A DNA stretch of 64,000 nucleotides from Perna viridis (lineage: Eukaryota). The stretch is from the NCBI GenBank assembly GCA_037379345.1, contig CM074524.1:19340750-19404749 (forward strand), read 5' to 3'. The position numbers and the translations under genes were made by a program. Shown in pieces: positions 56,201 through 64,000 of this stretch. The first letter of the stretch is position 1, and the number at the start of each line of letters is the position of its first letter. A model generated the notes under the pieces. The model was not told the origin of the DNA. It was given only the letters and a program-made list of their open reading frames with translations, and did no database searches.

Positions 56201-56629
56201 TCTCAATTCTACAGTATCCAATTTGTCATTCTGGGGTCACCTCATGGACTTCAATTCAATGAAAACTGTAATAGTCTGCATGGGTTTTCATCAGAAATCA
56301 TTTTTAAAATACTGTATAAAAATCCTTGCCCTAGTATATATGGATTTCGTAATGTCGTAATTTTCATATTTTTTCCCAAAAGCATGAGACTGCATGGGCT
56401 TCAGTCCAATGCTCATTCCCTAACACAGTAAGAATATTTCTGCTCTTTATCATTATACAAATAAGGCACAGATATACTTTTAAAGGGAAGGAAGGTTTTA
56501 CCATGAAAATAGACAGTATAAAAAAATACATTTTTAAACCTTACCTTTTACAAAACATAGTACAACACAGAAAATTAAAGTGAAGGATTTTCTTCCTATT
56601 AACCCTCCATAACACATTTTAATCTTCAT
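11100..56629 (-). CDS. KIAA0319L: KIAA0319/KIAA0319-like (AAVR family) type I membrane protein, 28 coding exons, ~1230 aa
   Basis: Hand-spliced exons all have GT-AG boundaries and compatible phases, summing to 3693 nt. Domain order is MANSC, PKD repeats (PPVAxAG, LDGSxSxDD, YxFxLTVxD motifs), Cys-rich module, TM, then a tail with YSLL and NSSMMISESDFTSDEETLF, resembling the vertebrate KIAA0319 tail. Likely co-ortholog of KIAA0319 and KIAA0319L. Confidence 0.93.
11553..11782. mobile_element. MITE family A copy (degenerate)
   Basis: CCGTAAAAGTACT...ACTTTCACAG|TA with the family interior. Confidence 0.6.
12530..12887 (-). mobile_element. Degenerate tRNA-derived SINE
   Basis: tRNA-like head with a B-box remnant at ~12830-12841 on the minus strand; its tail resembles the fragment at ~47165-47226; family assigned from memory of mollusc SINEs. 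Confidence 0.55.
13858..13949 (-). CDS. KIAA0319L: Cytoplasmic exon with Yxx-hydrophobic sorting motif
   Basis: 92 nt; CRFRWRTKKRHRYSLLQDTDYKDEIKLLPK. Confidence 0.9.
14377..14682. repeat. ~101-106-bp triplication of the TM exon 3' end plus donor
   Basis: Donor copies at 14621, 14520 and 14414. Confidence 0.92.
14622..14718 (-). CDS. KIAA0319L: Transmembrane exon
   Basis: 97 nt; DWSILYFIIVTFLIVVVIAALVWGFICWFKNK. Confidence 0.92.
14955..15163. mobile_element. Fold-back MITE
   Basis: CACAGGCACA...TGTGCCTGTG termini; internal TTCACATGAA motifs. Confidence 0.55.
15559..15767. mobile_element. MITE family A copy
   Basis: TA|CTGTGAAAGTAC...TACTTTCACAG|TA. Confidence 0.75.
15793..15915 (-). CDS. 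KIAA0319L: Membrane-proximal Cys-rich (C6/EGF-like) exon
   Basis: 123 nt; CQNNCSGHGHCYKKTRKCVCDAFWMENFLKTLILHDDSNC, a family hallmark. Confidence 0.93.
16167..17430. repeat. 55-bp minisatellite derived from an exon 3' end plus splice donor; interrupted by a MITE at ~16698-16898
   Basis: Unit AAGCTTGCCACATTATAATTGAGTAGCTGGCTCACACCACTGACCTATAGTATCC matches 17372-17430. Confidence 0.9.
17388..17533 (-). CDS. KIAA0319L: SEA-like region exon c
   Basis: 146 nt; MKVYFHVEFPKG...LLSYNVASLDTI. Confidence 0.88.
17656..18038 (+). mobile_element. TTAA-flanked non-autonomous element (Kolobok-like)
   Basis: TTAA|GTAGCACTC...GACTGCCAC|TTAA; homolog at 63213-63576. Confidence 0.7.
18473..18558 (-). CDS. 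KIAA0319L: SEA-like region exon b
   Basis: 86 nt; SNLQSQLQLLLPKSIVVLDRLEEDTQTS. Confidence 0.85.
18953..19023 (-). CDS. KIAA0319L: SEA-like region exon a
   Basis: 71 nt; DPHEKDMIELDLETDIRQFTEKDK. Confidence 0.88.
19137..19772. mobile_element. Young MITE, 16-bp TIR GCCAGCACTCCACAGT, 3-bp TSD (ATA); PIF/Harbinger-like
   Basis: Perfect TIRs; near-identical inverted copy at 54104-54748. Confidence 0.85.
19966..20104 (-). CDS. KIAA0319L: PKD5 exon b
   Basis: 139 nt; DPLNGSDHQAVLQLVNMVAGQYTFRLTVVDAEGLSASDTASIRIIE. Confidence 0.92.
20572..20723 (-). CDS. KIAA0319L: PKD5 exon a
   Basis: 152 nt; PNTKPVANAGADQVLTLPVDLVKLDGSKSSDDKGIATYSWTREPTSLAAG. Confidence 0.92.
21230..21378 (-). CDS. KIAA0319L: PKD4 exon b
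   Basis: 149 nt; GNELIIKDPKAAVTIATGHIHNGLYEFVLTVRDVEHISSTINYDVKVNE. Confidence 0.92.
22208..22340 (-). CDS. KIAA0319L: PKD4 exon a
   Basis: 133 nt; TNHPPVAQVVGPKTLFLPVNSIVLNGSNSTDDKGIVEYNWEQIK. Confidence 0.92.
22426..22624. mobile_element. MITE family A copy
   Basis: TA|CTGTGGAAGTACT...AGTACTCTCACAG|TA. Confidence 0.7.
22939..23184 (+). mobile_element. Interspersed repeat with a structured 5' part; second copy at 61578-61815
   Basis: Two close copies; 12-bp stem TGAGCAACTCGG/CCGAGTTGCTCA. Confidence 0.75.
23552..23675 (-). CDS. KIAA0319L: PKD3 exon b
   Basis: 124 nt; GVRTPYLHLSNLQEGDYMFTLKVTDTAGQTSSADVHVFVKP. Confidence 0.92.
24094..24254 (-). CDS. KIAA0319L: PKD3 exon a
   Basis: 161 nt; TDYPPKANAGSDVIIRLPQTSVILNGNLSTDDKGIREYEW...ADMT. 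Confidence 0.92.
24420..24655 (+). mobile_element. Helentron/HINE-like remnant (similar remnants near 25000-25330, 36030-36500, 38480-39055, 50860-51100)
   Basis: GACA microsatellite remnant followed by a short 3' hairpin (CCTTCCTTCGGAG); boundaries approximate. Confidence 0.4.
25360..25424 (-). CDS. KIAA0319L: PKD2 end exon
   Basis: 65 nt; LTVTDSDGASNSTVANVTVIK. Confidence 0.9.
25547..25881. mobile_element. MITE family B (CAGTGAAACCTG termini) with internal ~30-bp tandem subrepeats
   Basis: TA|CAGTGAAACCTG...AGGTATCACTG|TA; repeated CAGTTTAGACAGGTTTTTGCCTTCAGTGTT. Confidence 0.7.
26030..26162 (-). CDS. KIAA0319L: PKD2 exon
   Basis: 133 nt; STDDDKIVKYQWEEKSGPLQEHQLKDDTAMLTLKDLAPGSYLF. Confidence 0.9.
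26429..26606 (-). CDS. KIAA0319L: PKD1 end / PKD2 start exon
   Basis: 178 nt; LIEGLYTFKIHVTGPHQEGEAFVNVTVLPPARKNTPPVAVIKP...AILDGS. Confidence 0.92.
27191..27291 (-). CDS. KIAA0319L: PKD1 exon b
   Basis: 101 nt; SKFNYEWVLLSMPDGKEIGNMVGKNTDTLQLSK. Confidence 0.9.
27914..28012 (-). CDS. KIAA0319L: PKD1 exon a
   Basis: 99 nt; IYLTVSAGENKVIQLPKNEVTLNAYVIRKGDE. Confidence 0.9.
28959..29170. mobile_element. Non-autonomous TTAA-site element (Kolobok-like, purine termini), intact copy
   Basis: TTAA on both sides; imperfect TIR GGCGGTATATCTAGGGTAAAGGACA / TGTCCCTTACCCTAGGTCTACCTCC; a related end lies at ~5287-5313. Confidence 0.7.
29283..29343 (-). CDS. KIAA0319L: Thr/Pro-rich (mucin-like) linker exon
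   Basis: 61 nt, phase 0-1; NKSQTPTTPTTTTSATTTQK. Confidence 0.8.
29652..29680 (-). CDS. KIAA0319L: 29-nt micro-exon (DDLDLSAAKR)
   Basis: TTTTTTCAG acceptor and GG|GTAAG donor; supplies the phase 1 to 0 bridge needed to keep frame. Confidence 0.75.
31154..31359. mobile_element. MITE family A copy
   Basis: TA|CTGTGAAAGTACT...AGTACTTGCACAG|TA. Confidence 0.75.
32539..33578. mobile_element. Inverted copy of the 28959-29170 element, interrupted by the pogo-like insertion
   Basis: The flanks of the pogo element join to give the reverse complement of 28959-29170; TTAA on both sides. Confidence 0.75.
32598..33423 (+). mobile_element. Internally deleted pogo/Tc1-mariner DNA transposon with a DDE transposase C-terminal fragment (ORF 32630-33028)
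   Basis: 25-bp TIRs CCGTATAGCGGGTTATTTTCGCGGG / CCCGCGAAAATAACCTGCTATACGG; TA TSD; VPACCTDQLQPMDVSV matches the pogo LQPxD motif. Confidence 0.88.
34386..34580 (-). CDS. KIAA0319L: EGF-like module 4 exon
   Basis: 195 nt, phase 1-1; QCEYGIIGQCDDYEECFIPADSHSRIGICVCLDGFLRDDNYTC; an alternative in-frame acceptor lies 12 nt inside. Confidence 0.82.
35641..35817 (-). CDS. KIAA0319L: EGF-like module 3 exon
   Basis: 177 nt, phase 1-1; QCEYGLLHQCDNYQECYIPRHSHSRIGTCRCIEGYQFDLNHQC. Confidence 0.85.
   Translation of the reverse strand, partial: NIPLLPAIISRFTSVNMDFSISVTIIRSVTSLDTHTVELVPVGVLRGTSLILIINVFS
37338..37474. repeat. 42/48-bp triplication of the EGF2 exon 3' end plus donor
   Basis: Donor copies at 37461, 37413 and 37371. 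Confidence 0.92.
37462..37620 (-). CDS. KIAA0319L: EGF-like module 2 exon
   Basis: 159 nt, phase 1-1; CDPDRDECSKHEECYLPSALSSSMGICVCKKGFEKNQDGVC. Confidence 0.85.
41260..42163. repeat. Diverged ~470-bp tandem duplication
   Basis: TTGTCTGAAAAGCAAAATGACTTC at 41312 and 41782; GAAATCAGAATAA...CATATGTGACAAGAAATAC at ~41657 and ~42124. Confidence 0.8.
43826..44030. mobile_element. MITE family A copy
   Basis: TA|CTGTGAAAGAACT...AGTACTTTCACAG|TA. Confidence 0.75.
44190..44338 (-). CDS. KIAA0319L: Extra PKD domain, exon b (paralog of 21230-21378)
   Basis: 149 nt, phase 2-1; GNRLTIKDPKAAITIATGDIGSRVYEFVLTVRDAEHMSSTMAYDVNVSE. Confidence 0.85.
44763..44895 (-). CDS. KIAA0319L: Extra PKD domain, exon a (paralog of 22208-22340)
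   Basis: 133 nt, phase 1-2; ANHPPVARVIGPKNLFLPVDSIVLNGSTSTDDKGIIEYNWEQTK. Confidence 0.85.
45307..45489 (-). CDS. KIAA0319L: EGF-like module 1 exon
   Basis: 183 nt, phase 1-1; six Cys: CNILGQPSGCRKNEECRVRPTLSSYITECVCIKGYTYDQDQDIC. Confidence 0.85.
45989..46309 (-). CDS. KIAA0319L: MANSC domain exon
   Basis: 321 nt, phase 1-1; PKGGFQAGNF...CILSCCSQDTCDAVFF...CYLIQC. Confidence 0.9.
51329..51531. mobile_element. MITE family A copy
   Basis: TA|CTGTGAAC...TTTCACAG|TA with the family interior. Confidence 0.7.
54104..54748. mobile_element. Second copy of the same MITE, opposite orientation, TSD TGA
   Basis: TIRs GCCAGCACTCCACAGT/ACTGTGGAGTGCTGGC with TGA on both sides. Confidence 0.85.
56545..56629 (-). 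CDS. KIAA0319L: Coding exon 1, signal peptide MKIKMCYGGLIGRKSFTLIFCVVLCFVK (exon spans 56545-56670)
   Basis: Acceptor TGCAG ends at 56671; donor AAG|GTAAG; basic then hydrophobic N-terminus; phase 1 joins the MANSC exon in frame. Confidence 0.8.
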
Positions 56630-57647
56630 CAGTTAGCATCCATCCATCCATGTTTATCACAGTATAACAGCTGCAATACAAATATTTATAAATGATCTTT
56701 TGGTACAGGTGTCTGTATTTAATGTATTTGTCAATTGCAAAACACAAGACTGTGTTCAATATACTTACCATGTATGTACATTGTCAATGACTCTCATTGT
56801 ATGAATATTTTGTATGGAACTCAATAACAGGACAGAAGTACATGTACTTTAAATGATAAAACAATTCCATAAAACTACTAAAAAAAAACGAAACCTCAAT
56901 AATGAATAACTGTCATAAGTACCGGTAGTACATGTGAAAAGAAGCTCTGAGACTGAAGACAGCAAGAGTTACATGTATGTTCATGGACACCAAACATCAT
57001 TAAGTTTTTAAAATCAACCCGAATATCTCAAAAAATTACATGGTATGAAAATGTACCTTTGTCATGTTTGAATGTGTAATATCAACTAAAAATATGCACT
57101 GTCACTGATTGTATATGTACATAGTGTGTTCTAGTTCATATGGAACAGTACACCTACAAATTTGTCCAAACTATATTTTTGTCTAAAGGTTTGGGACCTC
57201 AAAACTCAAACTGGGGTTTTATTACCTGTAATTGGTCATCATTTTCATTTTAAAACTAAGTATGTTAGTATATGCTGTGAGAGTTGAACTATATTAATCA
57301 TGATAATAATACCAACAAAGCAACATAAATAAAAAAAGCCCCCTCTGTATATAGTCTGTAAAATTACAGATGTTAAAAGTATCATTGTTATACCATTTGT
57401 TAAAATACTTCATTCACAAGGTAAAGACTGAACAGCTGATAAATAGATAAATATACATTTGTAGTGAAGTTTTGTTTGAACATCATGTCAGATGAAATCG
57501 ATAGGCTGTGTTACATGTGTAATTGCTTGTAACCTGTTATTTTCTAATCAATTTCAATTAGGACAGACGTATTTATAACATGCCAGTCTTAATTAATGAC
57601 AAAAAGTACCCCGAGGCCCTGATAAAACTTATTTTGATAATATTTAC

Positions 57648-57700
57648 CTTTCCTGACGTGTATCTGGCTTTACAAATCTTGACAGCTTTAACTCTCTAAA
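57648..57700 (-). other. Probable non-coding exon 1 of the KIAA0319L-like gene
   Basis: Minus-strand donor AAG|GTAAAT at 57648/57647, just downstream of the CCAAT-box promoter; the 5' end is approximate. Confidence 0.55.
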
Positions 57701-57819
57701 CAAACAGCTTTTTTATTGGTTGTTACAAGCAATTTTGACCAATCAAAAGGAGTTTGACTTTGTAAACAAATACGGTCCTACAACATGGATGCGCCCATAA
57801 AAAAATAAAATTTGCAAAT
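57650..57819. promoter_or_regulatory. Compact bidirectional promoter between the KIAA0319L-like gene and PTRHD1
   Basis: Divergent genes; opposed CCAAT boxes (ATTGG ~57715, CCAAT ~57739), TGACGTG at 57654, TTTGTAAACAAA at ~57759. Confidence 0.65.
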
Positions 57820-60800
57820 ATGGGCACTAACATCGTTCAGTATGTGATTATTAGGAGAGATGTATTAAAGACATTGAAATGGCCAGTTGGAGCATTGATT
57901 GCCCAAGCCTGCCATGCTTGTACTGCTGTGATTCACATGTTTTACCAGAACCAAGACACTCAAACATACCTGTCTGATTTGGACAGAATGCACAAAGTGA
58001 TACTTGAGGTAAGAACATTTTATCTTGAAAAGTGCCCCATCTTAAAAAAAAAAAAATAAGGTGTTGAAAATTGATGATCATGATTTTCCTTATACTCGCC
58101 AATCTTATTTGTGATGTCATTTTTACTAATTTGCATATCATTAAGTGTCAAATTGGTTGGCAAATAAACAATTGACATTTTCATGATTAGAATCCCAATT
58201 TTCAAAACTTTATAACTTTGTTGTTTTATATCCAATTTTGGTTCTGTAAAATGTTTCTTAATTATGTACATGTATGTTAATTTATAACTGTTTTACTTGA
58301 AAGAAATAAATTTGTAGTAATATTTATATGTAAACCTCTATTTTTGCATAAAATTATGATTAAAATCTTATGTACATATAGTCTAATTACTGAATATTTA
58401 TTTAAGAATTCCATGGATGAAAAGAATTTTATTTGCAATATTGGGAACCAAAAGAATTTTTCAATGATCTTTAAAAATGAAAAAGTTATGATGATTTAAA
58501 GTTTTTAATATGCAGTCAGTTTTATAAGTATTTTTTTTTTGGATTTGATTCATATTAATCATCATCATCAAGATGCTTCTTTTGTGGTAAAATAGTTTTA
58601 TTAGAATAAATAATATTATTTTGTGTTACATCTAGCCATTCAAGAAGCAACAGAAAATACACAAATAACATATTCTTTACAAACTGAAAATGACATTGTG
58701 AATAATGGATTAGCATTTTGGGATCCTTTTTGTATTATTTAAAAGAAACTTAAAATACATGTATTACTTCTTATGCATCTTATTCAGAGATAACAATTTT
58801 TTTTTTATCTTGCCACCCTTTCAGCTTAAGTTATTACAGTAACATAGCTTAGGTAATTGTTCAAGTTATTCTATAAATTATCTTTATTGTTGTTTCTTAA
58901 ATAAAACTCTTTTTTTCTCAGTAGTTTTTAGCAATTAATCAAAAGCATGAATGGTAATTATTAATATTTTATTCATCTTTTTTTTTCTACTTATGAAAAA
59001 ATGCTTCTTTAATCAATTATTACTGTAATTTTATAAGTTTAACGCATTCAAAAATGTATGGATGAAATATACTGTGGCAGAGATAACTACGGCCGAAGTG
59101 ACTATGGCCAAGGTGATAGTGTGGCTGAAACAACTTGCATCAATCTAAAACAGTTTATGATGAACAAATAATAATGTATTAATACAATTACTTTTTTTGT
59201 TTATAAGAAAAAATTCACGCATGCACCTAAATGCATTTAAACTGTTGAGTTCTGGAACATATAAATTTTATCTCGAAATCATATCTACTGAACTTAGTGT
59301 GCTTGGTGACAGTCTGCTGGTCTAGTAACACACTGAATGAATCCTTTAGTGTGCTTGGTGACAGTCTGCTGGTCTAGTAACACACTGAATGAATCCTTTA
59401 GTGTGCTTGGTGACAGTCTGCTGGTCTAGTAACACACTGAATGAATCCTTTAGTGTGCTTGGTGACAGTCTGCTGGTCTAGTAACACACTGAATGAATCC
59501 TTTAGCTGCTATTTCATATCAAAATACCTACATATACTACAGTGAACATGTAGGTAGGCCATCCTTCATGTCTGGGCTTTACCAATGCACCAATATGTGG
59601 CTTTGGGCCAACAGTTTCATCCCGATGGAGTTGTCTTTTTGACATATACACCATAACTATTCTCATGGTATAAATAACTGTATTACTTCTCAATATTTTC
59701 AAGTCAAGAGAGCTGTTATTGGTACACTATCTAGAGATGCTACAACATTCTTACAATGCAGGCCGAATTTACCTGAATGAAGACAAAAGCAATATTGTTG
59801 CCCTTCCATGAAAATTAAAATTCAAAATATATTATGAAACTGATCATTATCTGAGAACCTAGACCACTTGCTGACAGTCTAGTGACAAAACCATTAAACA
59901 AATGTATGGGCAATATCGTATTTGCTTTTAGAAATAATTTTATCTGGCTCCTTTGTTAATGACATGACTTACAGTTCTTACCAGGCTTATTTTTGCAGAA
60001 ATTTTAAATTCTGAATGATTCATAGATGAAGTTTGATTGATATTCTTTATGAGAATAAATATTTCTACGATTTTTCAATTATTTCAATTTAAAGATGACT
60101 AAATTTCCTGGTCTGTAGAAAGATTCAGTAGGCCTAAGACCAAACCTTCACAGACATATAAAATAACCTATACACACATGGTAAATGCATATTTCTGAAC
60201 CTTTAACATACTTGATTATTTTACTGAGGTATGTATATTGCCATAATAATGAAAAAAAAAGATAAATTTGCATATGAATTCTGGTAGTAATGGGCTATAT
60301 AGTAAAAGTGCATATACATGTACATGTACCAGTACCTACTATGTTTCTTGTGTTCAAAGAAAACTCCCTCTTACTGTTTTTGAGGCTCCATTCTCAATCA
60401 CATTCTGATTCATTCTTATTAATGAATTCATATTTCTGAACTAACTAGAACATTGAAATTGCTTCTGTGATTGAGAAATGAGATATTTACAACTCAAAAG
60501 TATTGTAAATGACCTGATGTGACATCAAAAAGTAATGTTGTAGGATTTAAAATTTTTGAATGATGCATAAATCCCATCCATGATTGGCAGTATAAAGGAA
60601 ATTGATATAAAAATAAATCAACTATACAATGTATGTTATGTACTCTTTGAGTTTATCTAATTCTGTTGTAGGCAAAAGATGAACAAAGTTTAAAAGACTT
60701 ATCCAGTACCCTCACAGAGAACAGTATTGACCATAAATTATGGATTGAACAGCCTGAAAACATACCAACCTGTGTAGCTGTTAGACCGTACCACAAGGAA

Positions 60801-60842
60801 TCTGTCCAACAATATTTTAAAGAATTTAAATTATTTAGATAA
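57820..60842 (+). CDS. PTRHD1: Putative peptidyl-tRNA hydrolase PTRHD1 (PTH2 superfamily), 2 exons (57820-58008, 60672-60842), 119 aa
   Basis: Exon 1 VQYVIIRRD...[13 protein letters not shown]...[10 protein letters not shown]; phase-0 GT-AG intron; exon 2 AKDEQSL...[22 protein letters not shown]...FKLFR*. Confidence 0.95.
59294..59505. repeat. 52-bp tandem repeat, 4 identical copies, in the PTRHD1 intron
   Basis: TTAGTGTGCTTGGTGACAGTCTGCTGGTCTAGTAACACACTGAATGAATCCT x4. Confidence 0.95.
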
Positions 60843-61577
60843 ATATTATATGAATTGTATGTCTATGTAGATTTTTTTCGGGGGTTTAATTACTGGTCAT
60901 GCAAGTGAAAATGTTACCGTGGATCAAGAATATCATGTATCTGTTCACTTCAAGCAAAGTACAAAAAAAACTCTTTCCTGTGACCCTAGTTTTGCATTGC
61001 CAAAACCCACGTCTGACTATGCTTCATTCCTCACACCATCAAATGGAACCTTCTTTCACAAGAGCAATTATTGTAACAAAATTTATTGATATAATCCCTC
61101 AAAGCTTTTTTTGGTACTACATCTTAAGTAGATGAACGGACAGAAGTAACAAAAACAAAGACAAGATAAAGTACAGGATGGCAGATTGTCAACTACAAAC
61201 AGAACTTAGAAACATAAAGTAAAAAAAACTGAAACTGTCCTTGATGCAGTATGTGTAATCCCGAAGTCCATTAACAGCTCTTATATACCTTGACAAAAAG
61301 AAAATTCCTAACACACATCCATAATAATACAGATACAAGACTGCATACTTAAGCTTAATGAAAATTCACAGTAATATTCAAGAAATTGTGGACTAAATAT
61401 TGGTCAGATACTACAACCATATTTTTTGGATGCAAGTCAATATCTTTTTCAGCCAAATGTCAGCCTAGACTTATTGTCCACTTAATAAGAATTTTTCCAG
61501 AAAAAAATTCATCTACAAGTGATTTCATTAGAATTGATTACATTTTATTGCTTTTTTCATTATTCGGTAAACTGCAA

Positions 61578-61815
61578 TTTTTATGAGCAACTCGGCGGTT
61601 GTTTCTAGAAAAGCAGAGGACGCTTACCCTACCGGTGCACCTGGTCCCAGTTTTTAGTGGAGTCTGAGTTGCTCATTTACTTTTGTTACTTTGTATGTAT
61701 GATTTTAGTTACTTTATGTTCTTTGTTGTGTATGTCTGTTTTCCATGTCTGGTCTTTGTCCCTGGATTACATTCTTTTGATTACTGCTATAACCTTGGTT
61801 CCCTTGATTACTCTT
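61578..61815 (+). mobile_element. Second copy of the 22939-23184 repeat
   Basis: Aligns by eye; the ORF track shows the shared ESELLIYFCYFVC reading. Confidence 0.75.
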
Positions 61816-63212
61816 GCATGTCTTAGGAAAACAAAAGCAGTTGATGCAAATCAAACCGGACATTGATTGAACTAAAAAAAGAATTGATCAGATCTAACAC
61901 TGCATCCTTATGCTTAATGGAAATCAGAGATATATTCCAGAAATTGTGGAAATTATTTGGCAGGTACTTATATATATATACCTCCTCACCAATTTTTATT
62001 TCAAGGGTATAAGTAATCTGCACCACATCTGTTTACAACAGAATTTTTGAAATGCATCCTAGCATAAAAGTCCTTTTTTTTTCTAAAAATATATGCTGAA
62101 TTGCTGATACAATAATGTTGGGATCACATATTACAAAACAATAGGAATATCATTATAATAAGGCCATAACTGTTACCAAAGCAAAACATACCAGATCAGT
62201 ACATATGCAGGTCAAAACTTTTTTTTGGACAAAATATACCGGTATATAAAACAAATTTGGTAAAATGAACTTGAATTTATTCCTAGTGATTTAGACATTC
62301 TTTTAAGGATAATTGTTATATGTTCATAAATATATTGGTCTAACTGCCACAATTGTAGTTCCGATAACGTAATCCCCAACCCCCCCCACTACGATCATAT
62401 CTACCGCTACTGGGAACAGCCTTTTCATTGATGAAGCCAACCAGGATCTGAACTGGAAACAATTTACAAGAAATTTTATCAGAATATTTCCAGATCGGTG
62501 GTTTCAAGTTCAGTTCAGGGTAACTGGAAATAATTAAATTTGTTTTGGCGTAGTTATCATACTGATAAATGATTAATATATAGCATTTAAGAAAGTTTGA
62601 AAAACTGCGTCAAATGACAGACTTTTTCCACCAGTTTAATCTGATTATCACTAAACTTATACTTAATCTGAAACCCATCATTTAATTTGTATTAAAGCAA
62701 TCTGAAGTGATGTGATACAAAGAGCATGAAGACAAATAGGGAATGAATGTTGTATATTTTTTTCTAAAAATAGGGAATTACTACAGGTAGCCACATTACT
62801 GTTGTAATCTTATTCTAAATAAAACTCCATCTGCCAAGCCCATATTTATTCAAAATACTCAACAACTGTATTTACATATCACACATGATTTTATATACAC
62901 AGATTTAACAACAAACTGTTTAAAAACCCTAATGTAAAATCGATAGACAGTTTAAAATGAGGAAAATGTATGAATTAATCTAGTTTTAAAAACAGGATTT
63001 GATATATTATTTTAGATTATTTTAGCACTACAGGTAACATGGGTAGCAAAATGTGGCAACTTCAAACCAACTTATAAGTCTAAAAATGACAATTCAATTT
63101 TGAAACCTACATGCTTTCTAATATATATAGTGACTTATTTGTGACGAGTTATTTTTGCAATTATTTCTGGTCTGCAAAATTAGCAAAAATAAACTGGGTT
63201 AACAGTATTTAA

Positions 63213-63576
63213 GTAGCACTCCAGCTAAGAATAATGCAAAATGTGATTCATGGGTTAAAAGCCTACATAATTTTATTTTTGATATTTTGTTAGAATTGCC
63301 ATAGTAAACATTCAGTTTTTCATTTAACCTGTGTTCTTAGAAAATAAAAATTATATAGAATGCACTGTAGATTTCAAAATTAAGAGAGATAACTCTGTAA
63401 ATGACACTCAAATACAATAGAATCTATTGCATTTTCAACGTTGATTACCTCCTAAGAGCGGGTTGATTTGAATGAATAATTATACATTTTGTCATATAGA
63501 CCTATAAAAATATATAGCCTTTTATTAGGTGTATCACATTTTGCAGAATTAGCGTGTTTCTTACAAAGACTGCTAC
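63213..63576 (+). mobile_element. Second copy of the 17656-18038 element
   Basis: TTAA|GTAGCACTCCAG...GACTGCTAC|TTAA; shared internal GAGATAACTCTGTAAATGACACT. Confidence 0.7.
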
Positions 63577-64000
63577 TTAATATTTATCAATGGAAAACTA
63601 TTTTTTCATGCATTTATTCGACAGAGAGAACATTTTCCAACTAAAGTAAAATAATCAATATTTGCCCACGGCTTGTTAAGTTCACACTGCATCATATTTA
63701 TTTTTTAAATATACAATGATATTCAAATATTTCAAGCAATTCAATACATAAAACTGAGCTGAGAGTATTGAGCCAATTATCACTTTTTTTTACCATTTAA
63801 TGTTGAGAAAATAAATGCTGTCTACAACAATTTGACTATAAGAAATAGAATATCTAATCTGATATTCAGTTATTGGTATCAATGAAAATGGGAAATAGAG
63901 GAGACATATGCACCAACAACAACTGGCAGTCACCTCCCTTATAGGTAAGAATCATGAGGAGGAAATGGCTGTGTACTGAAATTTAGATCAAGGAGTTGGA

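Overview
AT-rich eukaryotic genomic DNA with spliceosomal GT-AG introns. The repeat families suggest a bivalve mollusc, possibly an oyster (inference). Most of the window is one minus-strand KIAA0319/KIAA0319L (AAVR)-like type I membrane protein gene. I traced 28 coding exons by hand (56629 down to 11100, 3693 nt, about 1230 aa, all phases consistent) plus a probable non-coding first exon near 57648. The architecture is expanded: signal peptide - MANSC - EGF - extra PKD - EGF x3 - Thr-rich linker - PKD1-5 - SEA-like - Cys-rich/EGF - TM - cytoplasmic tail. The extra PKD is a two-exon copy of the gene's own PKD4, placed about 22.5 kb upstream. The gene sits head-to-head with a two-exon PTRHD1 gene (57820-60842, +). 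Other notable points: three exon 3' ends have been tandemly amplified into the intron together with their splice donors; an (ATGG)n motif places uORFs in all three frames just before the start codon; a tiny LTR element (TRIM) carries a tRNA-like Pol III promoter in its LTR; and a pogo-like transposon is nested in a TTAA-site element whose empty-site copy lies nearby. There are many MITEs. Most entries in the ORF track are spurious or are exon-plus-intron fragments.
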